A stretch of DNA of 64,000 bases from an uncultured bacterium (GTDB lineage Bacteria > Desulfobacterota_D > UBA1144 > Nemesobacterales > UBA2774), in NCBI GenBank assembly GCA_963825135.1, contig CAWGRW010000009.1, forward strand, positions 1,792,001 to 1,856,000. Reading direction: 5' to 3'. The position numbers were made by a program, and so were the translations under genes. This document shows positions 41,613-51,680 of this stretch, in pieces; the first letter of the stretch is position 1, and every line of letters begins with the position of its first letter. The notes below the pieces were generated by a model that saw nothing but the letters and a program-made list of their open reading frames with translations, was not told the origin of the DNA and did not search any database.

Positions 41613-42323
41613 TTACGAATTAATTATCTCGCCGCTTTTTATCAACAATATTCTGTCCGTCAGCTCTTCCATCTTTTTCCTGTTGTGGGAGACGATCAAT
41701 ACGGTCTTATCATTTTTTTTGAGATCCTTGATTTTGTGGATGCACTTCTCCTGGAATGATTCGTCCCCCACGGCCAGTATCTCGTCTATCAATATTATAT
41801 CCGCGCTGCTGTGAACGGCTATCGAAAAGCCGAGCCTTGCATTCATTCCATTGGAATATTTCTTGACGGGCATGTCCATAAATTTTTGTTCTATTTCCGA
41901 AAAGTCGATTATGCTACTGATTTTCTCCCTGATTTCTCTGATTGACATGCCGATTATCGTGCCGTTGGTGTAGATGTTCTCCCTCCCGGTCAGGTCCGGG
42001 TGAAACCCGGCGCCGACCGATATCAACGGCGCCACCCTGCCGCAGACCGCGACCCCGCCCAGGTTGGGGTATGTAACGGAGGCTATCAGCTTCAGCACGG
42101 TCGTCTTGCCGGCTCCGTTCGGACCGAATAGTCCCACGCACTCCCCTTTTTGCACGCGGATATTTATCCCCTTTAATGCCCAGAACTCCCCCTCCGAAAG
42201 ATTCCCCCGCGGGCCTTTCCTGAAAAGATCGGAGATCTCTTCCCTGAGGGACTTATGGAATATGTCCCTGGTCGAATATTTCTTCCATACATCGTTGAAT
42301 ACTATGATTCCGTCAGATGACAT
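41613..42323 (-). CDS. wzt: Polysaccharide ABC exporter ATP-binding subunit (Wzt/TagH-like), no C-terminal carbohydrate-binding domain
   Basis: FWALKGI, GPNGAGKTT, GFHPDLTGREN, PVKKYSNGM, DEILAVGDE, VSH; 236 aa. Confidence 0.9.
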   Translation of the reverse strand: MSSDGIIVFNDVWKKYSTRDIFHKSLREEISDLFRKGPRGNLSEGEFWALKGINIRVQKGECVGLFGPNGAGKTTVLKLIASVTYPNLGGVAVCGRVAPLISVGAGFHPDLTGRENIYTNGTIIGMSIREIREKISSIIDFSEIEQKFMDMPVKKYSNGMNARLGFSIAVHSSADIILIDEILAVGDESFQEKCIHKIKDLKKNDKTVLIVSHNRKKMEELTDRILLIKSGEIINS

Positions 42324-43086
42324 CCGCGAAGTCCCGTTCGGTTTTTATAAAAAACCTGTGACAGAGATAATAAAAGACCGACACTATCACGCTCACGAAG
42401 ATAAACTGCCACAATACTACTCCCCGCCCCTCGATGAGACACCTCCTCATGTTCTCGATAATAAAAGTCAGAGGATTGAAAAAAAGTATGAGCTTGAATT
42501 TCAGGCTCAGGTCGTCAATGGAGTAAAGTACGGGCGAGGCGAAGAAGAGAAGCTGTATTAGGAACCCGGTCGCGAGCTTGACGTCCCTGTAATAGACGTT
42601 AAGGCTCGAAAGAAGAAGGCTCACCGAAATGGTAAACGCGAACAGGAGCACGAGGAGCGGCAGCATCCATAGTATGTAATATGTGACGTGTATATGATAG
42701 ATAAACAGCATTGGTATAAAAATCACCGATGCGATTACATAGTCGAGAAACGCCAGGACTATCCCCGAGAGGGGGAGTATCTCCCTCGGAAAGTATATCT
42801 TGGTGATGAGGTAGTAATTCCCGGTCAGGCTCGTGAGGGAATAGTTCACCGATGACGCGAAAAAGGTCCACGGCAGGAGGCCCGAGTAAAAAAATATGGT
42901 CTTCGGGTAATCCGATACCGCCGCCTTGATGAGATACGTAAAAACGAACGTAAAGAGAAGCATCATGCTCAAGGGCTGAATCACGGCCCATAGAGCCCCG
43001 ATATAGGATTGGCGGTACCTTATACTGAGCTCCCGCCACACATAGACGAAAAAAAGGTCTCTATATGGTAATAGTCTTTTAAGCAT
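42313..43086 (-). CDS. wzm: Polysaccharide ABC exporter permease (Wzm/TagG-like)
   Basis: RYRQSYIGALWAVIQP, KIYFPRE, YYRDV, SPVLY, NPL, ERDFADVI. Confidence 0.9.
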   Translation of the reverse strand: MLKRLLPYRDLFFVYVWRELSIRYRQSYIGALWAVIQPLSMMLLFTFVFTYLIKAAVSDYPKTIFFYSGLLPWTFFASSVNYSLTSLTGNYYLITKIYFPREILPLSGIVLAFLDYVIASVIFIPMLFIYHIHVTYYILWMLPLLVLLFAFTISVSLLLSSLNVYYRDVKLATGFLIQLLFFASPVLYSIDDLSLKFKLILFFNPLTFIIENMRRCLIEGRGVVLWQFIFVSVIVSVFYYLCHRFFIKTERDFADVI

Positions 43087-43121
43087 GGATTATCTAAACC
43101 CTCATAGGGTCAGGCCGGGTC

Positions 43122-44027
43122 TTAATTATACTCTAATTTTCTGCCCGTTACCGAATACAGGATGCCCAATACGAAGCCGAGGCCGAATTTTCCCTGCATC
43201 CTGTATTTTGTGCTGAAGGGGAATAAGAGCTTCGGAAGATGCCTCGACCCGTTAAGTAACAGCATGAGCCATATTATGAAGGGGTACCTCTTTTTAAGCT
43301 TCGCGAAGGACGCCCCGACGGCGGCCGCTTTATTCATGCTGCCCATAAGCAGAGGAGGGTGCATATAGCTTACGACATTCGAGCGCCTGAGCGTTTTTTT
43401 CGCGGCCGTCAGCCTCACTGCGAATTCGACATCCTCCTGACCGATCATCTCATCCACGAATCCGCCGAGCTCCCGCAAGGTCTCCCTCCTGTAAGCCATA
43501 CACCTGTTGGTGGGAAAATACGGCTCGTGGTAGCTGTATCTGTTCTTGATCAGACAATAGCTGGCGTTGCCGCGGGGAATAACCGCGTCCGCGTCCCAGT
43601 TCCCGAACTCGCCCGCCAATTTAGCGATGAATTCCCTGTCCGTTATGACCGTATCGTCATCCAGAAAGAGCAAGTACTTCCCGTTGGACTTGCCGAGACC
43701 GAAGTTTCTCGCGTAACCCATTACCCCGAAATTCTTGTCGATAGTGAAATATTGTAAATTTAGTAAGGGTTTGTATTCTCTGAATATAGCTCCTCCGTCC
43801 GCAGTCCCCCCTCTATCCTCAACCAGGACGACCTCGAACCTGCTTTTGTCATAATTCTGCTCGGCCAGGCTCGTAAGAATTCCCCTCAGGAGGTTGACTC
43901 TCCCGTAGAAGTTAATGATGCAGGAAACCTCACAGTACGGATCTCCGTCCCCGACAACGGCGTCGCCCTTCAGCGGGAAAGGGAATTTGTTGAAAGCGGC
44001 GGATAGTATCCTTGATCTAATATCCAT
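43122..44027 (-). CDS. Glycosyltransferase family 2
   Basis: EVVLVED, GYARNFG, LFLDDD, LGGF..EDVE. Start placed at ATG 44027 to avoid overlap with the divergent macro-domain gene. Confidence 0.82.
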   Translation of the reverse strand: MDIRSRILSAAFNKFPFPLKGDAVVGDGDPYCEVSCIINFYGRVNLLRGILTSLAEQNYDKSRFEVVLVEDRGGTADGGAIFREYKPLLNLQYFTIDKNFGVMGYARNFGLGKSNGKYLLFLDDDTVITDREFIAKLAGEFGNWDADAVIPRGNASYCLIKNRYSYHEPYFPTNRCMAYRRETLRELGGFVDEMIGQEDVEFAVRLTAAKKTLRRSNVVSYMHPPLLMGSMNKAAAVGASFAKLKKRYPFIIWLMLLLNGSRHLPKLLFPFSTKYRMQGKFGLGFVLGILYSVTGRKLEYN

Positions 44028-44103
44028 TCGATTGTTGAGGCATTCGAGGTTATAGATTAAATTAGTAATTTTATCGATACAAAAGTCAAGGGTTATATCT
44101 AGC

Positions 44104-44631
44104 ATGGGTAAGTGCGGGAAGATAGAGGTCATAATGGGCGATATTACCGATATGGACGCAGGCGCAATAGTGAACGCCGCCAACACAGAGTTGATATTGG
44201 GGAGCGGCGTTGCCGGGGCCATAAGGAATAAAGGGGGGCCCGTGATTCAGGAAGAGTGTTATCGTATCGGACCGATACCGCTGGGCGAGGCTGCGGTTAC
44301 AGGCGGCGGGGCGCTTAAAGCCCGTTACGTCATACACGCGGCAGGCATGCGCCCGGGCGGCGGAGTCGGCAGGGAATCGCTGGTTAACGCGACCAGGAAC
44401 AGTCTGCGCAGGGCTGACGAGAGACGGATCGCGACGGTTGCGTTTCCCGCCATAGGAACGGGCGCAGGCGGCTTTCCGGTCAAAGAGTGCGCCCGGATAA
44501 TGACTGAAACCGTTTCGGACTATCTGGAACGGGAAAACAGTTCGATTGAAAAAGTATTCTTCGTCCTGTTCGACGAGTCTGCATTCAGGGTCTTCGAAAA
44601 GGTGTTATCTGGCAAACAGGTCGTTTCATAA
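44104..44631 (+). CDS. Macro domain protein (ADP-ribose binding / O-acetyl-ADP-ribose deacetylase family)
   Basis: GDIT..AIVNAAN..GSGVAGAI, GEAAVT.GG.L.A.YVIHA, AFPAIGTG.GGF. Confidence 0.92.
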   Translation: MGKCGKIEVIMGDITDMDAGAIVNAANTELILGSGVAGAIRNKGGPVIQEECYRIGPIPLGEAAVTGGGALKARYVIHAAGMRPGGGVGRESLVNATRNSLRRADERRIATVAFPAIGTGAGGFPVKECARIMTETVSDYLERENSSIEKVFFVLFDESAFRVFEKVLSGKQVVS

Positions 44632-44634
44632 CGC

Positions 44635-45240
44635 ATGCAAATTCAATCGCTGGACAATACTGTTAGTGAGCTAGAGCGGCTCTTACAATCCGAGCGTCCC
44701 GTAAAGATAACCGGAGAGGGAGATCTTGTGCACGCCGCCGTCATGATAATTCTGAGTGAAAGCCCGGATGGCCTCTCTATGCTCTTCATCAAAAGGCCTG
44801 AGAGTGAAATTGATGCCTTCTCCGGCCACATGGCGTTCCCGGGAGGGAAGATGAAGGAGGGGGATGAAAACAAGCTCGCTACGGCTATGCGGGAGACCCT
44901 GGAGGAGATAGGGATCGATCTCTATACGAGCGGCCGGGTAATAGGGGAGCTCGATGACGTTAATCCGAATAACCCGAGGGCGAGCAACTTTATAGTTACC
45001 CCCTATATCTCCTTGCTTGAGGAAGAGGTTCCGTTGAGGCTTAACCTCCTCGAGGTGGAAGCCGCTGTCTGGGTGCCCATGAAGCATCTGACCGATGACA
45101 GGTTTTTTAAAGTGCGGTTCAGGGAGAAGAACGGAATATTGGTCGAAGACTATGTATACAGCTTTGAGCGCTACGTGATATGGGGGATGACGGGCAGGAT
45201 ACTACACAGGTTCCTTTCATTTTCTGCGCATCTTTTCTGA
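44635..45240 (+). CDS. Nudix hydrolase, CoA pyrophosphatase (NudL/Nudt7-like)
   Basis: [37 protein letters not shown]. Confidence 0.88.
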   Translation: MQIQSLDNTVSELERLLQSERPVKITGEGDLVHAAVMIILSESPDGLSMLFIKRPESEIDAFSGHMAFPGGKMKEGDENKLATAMRETLEEIGIDLYTSGRVIGELDDVNPNNPRASNFIVTPYISLLEEEVPLRLNLLEVEAAVWVPMKHLTDDRFFKVRFREKNGILVEDYVYSFERYVIWGMTGRILHRFLSFSAHLF

Positions 45241-45310
45241 ATTCTGGATTTTAACAGCCGCAAATGATAGAATTCCGGATAAGATATATAATATATACAG
45301 GGAGATAATA

Positions 45311-45742
45311 ATGCGGGGAGTAAATAAAGTAATTTTAATCGGCAACTTGGGGCGGGATCCCGAAATAAGATATACGACGAGCGGCCAGGCGGTTGCGAAT
45401 TTCACGATAGCGACGACAGAAGGGCGTTCGAACAAGGAAGGGGAGAAGCAGGAATATACCGAATGGCACCGCATAGTTGCCTGGGGGAGACTCGCCGAGA
45501 TTTGCGGCGAGTACCTGTCAAAGGGAAAAATGATTTACGTCGAAGGCTCAATAAGGACGCGCTCCTGGGAGGACAAGGAAGGCAAAACCAGGTGGACAAC
45601 AGAGATTGTGGCAAAGAGTATGCAGATGCTGAGTCCGGCCGGCGGTAAGGCGGAGCCTGCTTCGGGGCGCGAAGACCGTGTGCCGGATGACTTCGATATC
45701 GACGAGGATTCATTCAGCTCCGAGGATGATATCCCGTTTTAA
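45311..45742 (+). CDS. ssb: Single-stranded DNA-binding protein
   Basis: [21 protein letters not shown]-terminal DDIPF. Confidence 0.97.
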   Translation: MRGVNKVILIGNLGRDPEIRYTTSGQAVANFTIATTEGRSNKEGEKQEYTEWHRIVAWGRLAEICGEYLSKGKMIYVEGSIRTRSWEDKEGKTRWTTEIVAKSMQMLSPAGGKAEPASGREDRVPDDFDIDEDSFSSEDDIPF

Positions 45743-45835
45743 TTTCGCTACTCAAGTCGGCTGGTTGATAACACTGTCCGTCTCAATTCTCACAGCCGTT
45801 CGAATTCGGTCTCTATATCGGAATCTGAGAATCCA

Positions 45836-46192
45836 ATGAAGAACACAAATATAAAAAGAGTTGAAAAACCGTGGGGTTATGAGTTATGGTGGGCCCAAAC
45901 GGACAAATACGTCGGGAAGATACTCCACATAAATAAGGGGGAGAGCCTGAGTTACCAGTATCACAAAATAAAAGACGAATCCCTTTATGTCAACAGTGGG
46001 AAAATGGAGCTGGAATATCAGGAAGAGGGTGGGGAGAAGGAAACCCTGACGCTCTCGGCCGGGAGTTCCGTCAGAATCAGGCCATATACCAAACACAGGA
46101 TGACCGCACTTGAGGACTGTGATGTGTTCGAAGTCTCAACCCCCGAAATCGATGATATAGTTAGGATCGAGGACAGATACGGGAGGTCATGA
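45836..46192 (+). CDS. Cupin protein (mannose-6-phosphate isomerase type II C-terminal-like)
   Basis: VEKPWGYE, LSYQYH..KDE, HRM..EVSTPE.DD.VR.ED.YGR. Confidence 0.8.
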   Translation: MKNTNIKRVEKPWGYELWWAQTDKYVGKILHINKGESLSYQYHKIKDESLYVNSGKMELEYQEEGGEKETLTLSAGSSVRIRPYTKHRMTALEDCDVFEVSTPEIDDIVRIEDRYGRS

Positions 46193-47586
46193 CCCAGGAT
46201 ATGAGTGTAGCGGCGGTCGTTCTTGCAGCCGGTAACGGAAAGAGAATGAAATCGAGGGTTCCCAAGGTGCTGCACCCGGTCTTGGGAAGGCCCATGCTGA
46301 GCTATGTCATAAACGCGGTCAGGGGCATTTCACCGAAAAAAATAATCGTGGTCGTGGGTCAAGACGGGGGTGACGTAAGAGAATCGGTCAGCGCAAAGGA
46401 TGTTCGCTTTGCCGAGCAGAAGGTTCAGCTCGGGACCGGTCATGCCGCGAGCTGCGCCCGAAAAGAGCTCGAAGGGTTTAGAGGGAATATTATAATTTTG
46501 AACGGTGATTTCCCGCTTATAACTACTAAATCCCTTAAACACCTAATCAGGAGACACGAAAACGAAAGGGCCGATGTCTCGTTTCTAACCGCCGAAATTG
46601 ATAGCCCTTCGGGATACGGAAGGGTCTTCAGGAACCGGAAGGGAGAAGTAGAGAGAATTATCGAGGAAAAGGATGCTTCGCCCGCCGATAAGAAAATAAC
46701 GGAGATTAACTCGGGGACTTATTGTGTTAAATCCGGTTTTCTCTGGGAAGCGCTGAACGGCGTACGTCCGGGGAACAGACAAAAGGAATTTTATCTGACC
46801 GATATAATCGAAATAGCGAAAAAAGGCTCCCGCAAAATTCAGGGAGTGCTGTCGCGTGACGGAAGCGAGGCCTTGGGGGTAAACGACCGGGTCCAGTTGT
46901 CGGAGGTCGAGGCTTTGCTCAAGAAGAGGGTCAACGATTCTCTTATGCGCGCGGGAGTGTCGCTGGTCGATCCCGGGACGACGTTTATCTCGCCTGACGT
47001 CGAAATCGGCGCTGACTCCGTGATATACCCGAATACATATATTTACGGGAAAACCGTCATAGGCAGGGGTTCCAGCATCGGTCCCGGCGTGTGGATCGAA
47101 GACTCGATTCTCGGAAACGGCGTAACCGTAAGGATGTCAACTTACATTTCGAAAGCCCTCATCAGGGACAAGGTAACCATAGGCCCATTCGCCCACATTC
47201 GCCCCGAGGCCGAACTCATGGACGGCGCGAAGATAGGGAATTTCGTAGAGATTAAGAAGTCCAGGATCGGCAGCGGCTCTAAGGTCCCGCATCTCTCCTA
47301 TGTGGGGGACGCGGTCATCGGGAAGGACGTAAATATAGGGGCAGGGTCCATTACCTGCAACTACGACGGGTTCCTCAAGCACGAGACCGTCATCGACGAC
47401 GATGTATTCATCGGAAGCGACACGATGCTTGTCGCGCCGGTCAGGATCGGCAAAGGCGCTACGACCGGGGCGGGCTCTACGATTACAAAGGACGTCCCCG
47501 AAGGGGCTCTCGCTATCGGCAGAGCCAAACAGACTGTAATAGAGAGCTGGAACAGAAAACCCAGGGAAGAGAAGGCTAAGAAATAA
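46189..47586 (+). CDS. glmU: Bifunctional UDP-GlcNAc pyrophosphorylase / glucosamine-1-phosphate acetyltransferase
   Basis: LAAGNGKRMKS..PKVLH, QLGTGHA, EFYLTD, GNFVEIK, HLSYVGD, CNYDG, hexapeptide repeats. Confidence 0.96.
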   Translation: MTQDMSVAAVVLAAGNGKRMKSRVPKVLHPVLGRPMLSYVINAVRGISPKKIIVVVGQDGGDVRESVSAKDVRFAEQKVQLGTGHAASCARKELEGFRGNIIILNGDFPLITTKSLKHLIRRHENERADVSFLTAEIDSPSGYGRVFRNRKGEVERIIEEKDASPADKKITEINSGTYCVKSGFLWEALNGVRPGNRQKEFYLTDIIEIAKKGSRKIQGVLSRDGSEALGVNDRVQLSEVEALLKKRVNDSLMRAGVSLVDPGTTFISPDVEIGADSVIYPNTYIYGKTVIGRGSSIGPGVWIEDSILGNGVTVRMSTYISKALIRDKVTIGPFAHIRPEAELMDGAKIGNFVEIKKSRIGSGSKVPHLSYVGDAVIGKDVNIGAGSITCNYDGFLKHETVIDDDVFIGSDTMLVAPVRIGKGATTGAGSTITKDVPEGALAIGRAKQTVIESWNRKPREEKAKK

Positions 47587-49419
47587 ATGTGCGGAATAGT
47601 AGGCTACGTCGGTAATCAGCAAAAAACGGTCAATGTCTTATTAGAAGGCCTCACACGGCTCGAATACAGGGGGTACGATTCGTCCGGGATCGCGCTCATG
47701 GAAGGGGGCCATCCCAAGGTATTCAAATGCACCGGAAAGCTCGCCAACCTTAAAAAAAAGATCGGGAAGCAGCACCTTCAGGGGTTACTCGGGATAGGGC
47801 ATACGAGGTGGGCGACTCACGGTGAAGCGACCGAGAAGAACGCGCATCCTCATGTTTCCGGGGGGACCTCGGTAGTACATAACGGAATCATAGAAAATTA
47901 TTCGGAGCTTAAAACGGAGCTCCTGAAAAAGGGTTATAAATTTTATTCCGACACTGATACCGAAGTCCTGGCGCATCTCATCGAGAGCTATTGTGATCTC
48001 GATATCTCGTTTGAAGACGCCGTCAGGGCGGCGTTCAGAAGGGTGGAAGGCTCGTATGCGGTGGCGGTCATTTCTGACAGGGCCCCCGATAAAGTTATCG
48101 CGACTAGGAAATTCTCGCCGCTTATCGTAGCTGTCGGTGATCACGAGAATTATCTGGCGTCCGACGTTCCGGCGATTCTGCCTTATTGCAGGAACGTTAT
48201 ATATCTGGAGGACGGGGACGTCGCCGTGCTCGAAAGGGACTCCGTCATTATTACTGACCTTTACGGCAACAAGATCGAGAGGAGCCAGCAGACCATTAAC
48301 TGGGACCCTGTTTCTGCCGAAAAGTGCGGGTACCGCCATTTCATGATTAAGGAAATCCATGAGCAGCCCCAGGCGGTGCTCGATACGCTCAGGGGCAGAT
48401 TCTCCGAAGAGACCGGCGAGGTATTCTTCGAGGGGTTCGAGGACCATCTCTATAAAGATATAAACCGGATTATCGCCCTTGCCTGCGGTACGTCCTATCA
48501 CGCGTCCCTTATCGGCAAGTATATGATCGAGGCCGTATCCAGGGTCCCCGTTCAGGTCGATATCGCGTCAGAATTTCGTTACCGGGATCCGATTCTGGAC
48601 GAGAACACCCTGGCAATTGCCGTCTCCCAATCGGGTGAGACTGCGGATACATCGGAGGCTCTCACAGAAGCCAGATCGGGCGGGGCAAAGACCCTCGGTA
48701 TAACGAATGTACATATGAGCAAGATTGCCCGGGACGCCGAAAATGTCATCTATACTCACGCGGGTCCCGAGATCGGAGTCGCGTCCACAAAGGCCTTTAC
48801 GACTCAGCTCATCGCCTTTTACCTGTTATCGATTTATCTCGGCAGGATAAAAAAGCGGATAGACGCGAAAAGGTCGTTGGAGCTTATCAGAGACGCTATC
48901 AGGATACCTCAGCTCATTGAAATGACGCTCAGGCTGGATGACGAAATAAAGGACCTCGCGAAGGAATTTTTTCAATACCGGAACTTCCTCTACCTGGGGC
49001 GCGGAATCAACTACCCGGTCGCGTTCGAAGGTGCGTTAAAACTCAAGGAAGTTTCGTATATACACGCGGAAGGCTATGCGGCGGGCGAGATGAAGCACGG
49101 GCCTATAGCCCTGATCGACGATGAAATGCCCGTGGTCCTTATAGCCCCGAACGACGGTATCACGTACAGGAAGATACTCGGGAACTTGCAGGAGGTGAGG
49201 GCCCGGAACGGCAAGGTGATATTCCTCACCTCCGAGACCTCTCTGGACGATGTAAGGGGCAACGTCGACCGTATTATAGAAATCCCTCCGTGTAACTATC
49301 TCTTAAGTCCCGTAATCTCCGTAATCCCGCTTCAGCTCCTCGCCTACCATATAGCCGTGTTGAAGGGGACCGATGTGGATCAGCCGAGGAACCTGGCGAA
49401 GGTCGTCACTGTCGAGTAG
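47587..49419 (+). CDS. glmS: Glutamine--fructose-6-phosphate transaminase
   Basis: MCGIVG, LEYRGYDS, HTRWATHG, SQSGET, EGALKLKE, PRNLAKVVTVE. Confidence 0.97.
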   Translation: MCGIVGYVGNQQKTVNVLLEGLTRLEYRGYDSSGIALMEGGHPKVFKCTGKLANLKKKIGKQHLQGLLGIGHTRWATHGEATEKNAHPHVSGGTSVVHNGIIENYSELKTELLKKGYKFYSDTDTEVLAHLIESYCDLDISFEDAVRAAFRRVEGSYAVAVISDRAPDKVIATRKFSPLIVAVGDHENYLASDVPAILPYCRNVIYLEDGDVAVLERDSVIITDLYGNKIERSQQTINWDPVSAEKCGYRHFMIKEIHEQPQAVLDTLRGRFSEETGEVFFEGFEDHLYKDINRIIALACGTSYHASLIGKYMIEAVSRVPVQVDIASEFRYRDPILDENTLAIAVSQSGETADTSEALTEARSGGAKTLGITNVHMSKIARDAENVIYTHAGPEIGVASTKAFTTQLIAFYLLSIYLGRIKKRIDAKRSLELIRDAIRIPQLIEMTLRLDDEIKDLAKEFFQYRNFLYLGRGINYPVAFEGALKLKEVSYIHAEGYAAGEMKHGPIALIDDEMPVVLIAPNDGITYRKILGNLQEVRARNGKVIFLTSETSLDDVRGNVDRIIEIPPCNYLLSPVISVIPLQLLAYHIAVLKGTDVDQPRNLAKVVTVE

Positions 49420-49580
49420 CGGGTCTTATGTGCGATACTTCTGTGTAAATCTAAATAATCATCGATACACCCTCACGCCCGGATCCGATTAAACACTCCT
49501 CATTTCCAAACGCTATAATATCTGGTAAATTTACGGGCTTCTCGCAGTATTAAACCGAAAATTAAGGGGTTACCATTACA

Positions 49581-50897
49581 ATGAAAGTGCTTGTTGTCGG
49601 GTCCGGCGGCAGGGAACATGCCCTGTGCTGGAAAATAAGGCAGAGCCCGTTAGTGAAGACTCTTTACTGCGCCCCGGGCAATCCCGGGATTTCCAGGAGC
49701 GCCAAGTGTGTGGACATCAAGGTCTCCGATATCGAGGGTCTTCTCAGGTTTGCAAGGGCCGAAGAAGTCGATCTCACGGTGGTCGGGCCCGAGTTCCCGC
49801 TCTCTCTAGGTATCGCCGACAGGTTCAACGAAGAGGGACTCGCGGTTTTTGGTCCGACGAAAGCCGCTTCCGAGATCGAGACGAGCAAGGTCTACTCAAA
49901 GAACCTGATGAGGAAATACGGCATACCGACCGCCTTTTTCTCCACGTTCGAGGATTTTGAGATGGCGGTGGAGTGGGTAAAAGAGGTAAAACCCCCACTC
50001 GTAATTAAGGCCGACGGCCTGGCCTCGGGTAAAGGCGTATTCATTTGCCGGACGGAGAAGGACGCATACGAGGTTCTGGACGATATAATGAGGCGGAAAA
50101 TCTTCGGCGATTCGGGCGACAGGGTGGTCATCGAGGAATTCCTTTCAGGCGAGGAAGCTTCGTTTTTCGCTGTCACGGACGGGACGAATGTATTGCCTCT
50201 CGAATCGTGCCAGGACCATAAAGCCCTCCTCGACGGAGACCAGGGGCCCAATACCGGGGGCATGGGCGCGTATTCGCCCGCTCCCATTATCACTCCCGGG
50301 ATGTCGGAAGTGATTATGAGCAGGATAATAATCCCGACCGTTAGAGCGCTAAAAGAAGAAGGCAGGGAATATAAGGGGGTTCTGTACGCGGGCCTTATGA
50401 TCGAGGGTACGGAGTCAAGAGTCCTGGAATATAACTGCAGATTCGGAGACCCGGAGACCCAGCCCCTCATGATGAGGATGGTTTCGGACATTATACCGCT
50501 GCTGAGCGCGGTTGCGGGGCGGGGTCTTTCGGATGAAAAGGTCGAATGGAAGGACGAGGCTTCCGTGTGCGTGGTCATGGCTTCGAAGGGGTACCCCGGG
50601 GATTACAAGAAGGGGGCCCTGATAACCGGTCTCGACAGGGTGGAGGGTATGGAAAACGTAGTTGCATTCCATTCCGGCACCTCCGCGAGTAACGGAAATA
50701 TACTGACCGACGGCGGGAGAGTCCTCGGTATTACGGCCCTCGGGCGGACGATTCCCGACGCCATAAACCTTGCATACCAAGCGGTTGGGAAGGTAAACTG
50801 TGATTCTCTCTGCTACAGAACCGACATAGGAGAAAAAGCGCTTCGGCACGTTTTGTTTACGGATCAAGAAGGCGACATGAAGAGGAAGGAGTCATAA
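49581..50897 (+). CDS. purD: Phosphoribosylamine--glycine ligase
   Basis: GSGGREHA, APGNPG, KADGLASGKGV, GPNTGGMGAY, RFGDPETQ, GGRVL. Confidence 0.97.
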   Translation: MKVLVVGSGGREHALCWKIRQSPLVKTLYCAPGNPGISRSAKCVDIKVSDIEGLLRFARAEEVDLTVVGPEFPLSLGIADRFNEEGLAVFGPTKAASEIETSKVYSKNLMRKYGIPTAFFSTFEDFEMAVEWVKEVKPPLVIKADGLASGKGVFICRTEKDAYEVLDDIMRRKIFGDSGDRVVIEEFLSGEEASFFAVTDGTNVLPLESCQDHKALLDGDQGPNTGGMGAYSPAPIITPGMSEVIMSRIIIPTVRALKEEGREYKGVLYAGLMIEGTESRVLEYNCRFGDPETQPLMMRMVSDIIPLLSAVAGRGLSDEKVEWKDEASVCVVMASKGYPGDYKKGALITGLDRVEGMENVVAFHSGTSASNGNILTDGGRVLGITALGRTIPDAINLAYQAVGKVNCDSLCYRTDIGEKALRHVLFTDQEGDMKRKES

Positions 50898-50898
50898 C

Positions 50899-51213
50899 AT
50901 GGCTGAAATCTGGTATTTACCTATTGATACTGAATCACTCGAGGGCCTGGAGGCCCAGTACGAGCGGGATTTTCGCGACGGTATTGAGCTCCTTGAGCTC
51001 ACGCCCGCAAAATGGCAGTGCGAGCCCGAGGGATTCCCCAAGCTCAAGACCGGGGATCCGCTTGTGGACGACAGCGGGTACGTTCATGTGATGATGAGAG
51101 TGACCGGGGAAGAGGTCGACAAGTACGAGGATAAGAGGTGGAAGCCAGGATGGTATAAGTCCTCTCTCACCTTAGTCGGGTTTGAAAAAAATCTAAGGAA
51201 AAAACCTAAATAA
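50899..51213 (+). CDS. Hypothetical protein
   Basis: AAGGAG RBS within the purD 3' end, start 1 nt after the purD stop, fills the gap to the rpsL promoter, host-like codon use. No family recognised. Confidence 0.7.
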   Translation: MAEIWYLPIDTESLEGLEAQYERDFRDGIELLELTPAKWQCEPEGFPKLKTGDPLVDDSGYVHVMMRVTGEEVDKYEDKRWKPGWYKSSLTLVGFEKNLRKKPK

Positions 51214-51227
51214 TTGGTCTTTTTGTC

Positions 51228-51257
51228 TTGACAGCAGTTTTCTTTTCGGGATATATT
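51228..51257 (+). promoter_or_regulatory. Sigma70 promoter of the str-S10-spc cluster
   Basis: TTGACA(51228)-18 nt-TATATT(51252), ending about 33 nt before rpsL. Confidence 0.65.
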
Positions 51258-51290
51258 AATTGGATTACCTTTTTATGGAGATAAGTATTC

Positions 51291-51662
51291 GTGCCTACAA
51301 TCAGTCAGCTGGTAAAAGATGGGAGAAGAAGGGCTAAAAAGAAGAGTAAAGCCCCGGCTTTACAGAATTGTCCTCAGAGGAGAGGGGTCTGCGTCAGGGT
51401 TTACACCACCACCCCGAAAAAGCCTAATTCGGCGCTTAGAAAAGTAGCCCGTATCAGGCTGACAAACGGTATCGAAGTAACCGGTTACATACCGGGGGAA
51501 GGGCATACGCTTCAGGAACACTCCGTAATACTGGTAAGGGGCGGAAGGGTGAAGGACTTGCCGGGTGTGAGGTATCACATCGTAAGAGGCACACTCGACT
51601 CGACCGGAGTGGCTAACAGAAGGCAGAGCCGTTCTAAATACGGGGCTAAAAAACCCAAATAA
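51291..51662 (+). CDS. rpsL: 30S ribosomal protein S12
   Basis: [28 protein letters not shown] start. Confidence 0.98.
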   Translation: MPTISQLVKDGRRRAKKKSKAPALQNCPQRRGVCVRVYTTTPKKPNSALRKVARIRLTNGIEVTGYIPGEGHTLQEHSVILVRGGRVKDLPGVRYHIVRGTLDSTGVANRRQSRSKYGAKKPK

Positions 51663-51680
51663 TCAAAGGGAACAACAGAT

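Noticed and set aside
47560..47590. glmS ribozyme
   Set aside because: glmS starts immediately after the glmU stop, leaving no leader.
49510..49570. Purine riboswitch-like words (TATAAT, CCGAAAA) upstream of purD
   Set aside because: Lacks the AUAUGG loop, the UUUCUACC core and a P1 stem; TATAAT is better explained as a -10 element.
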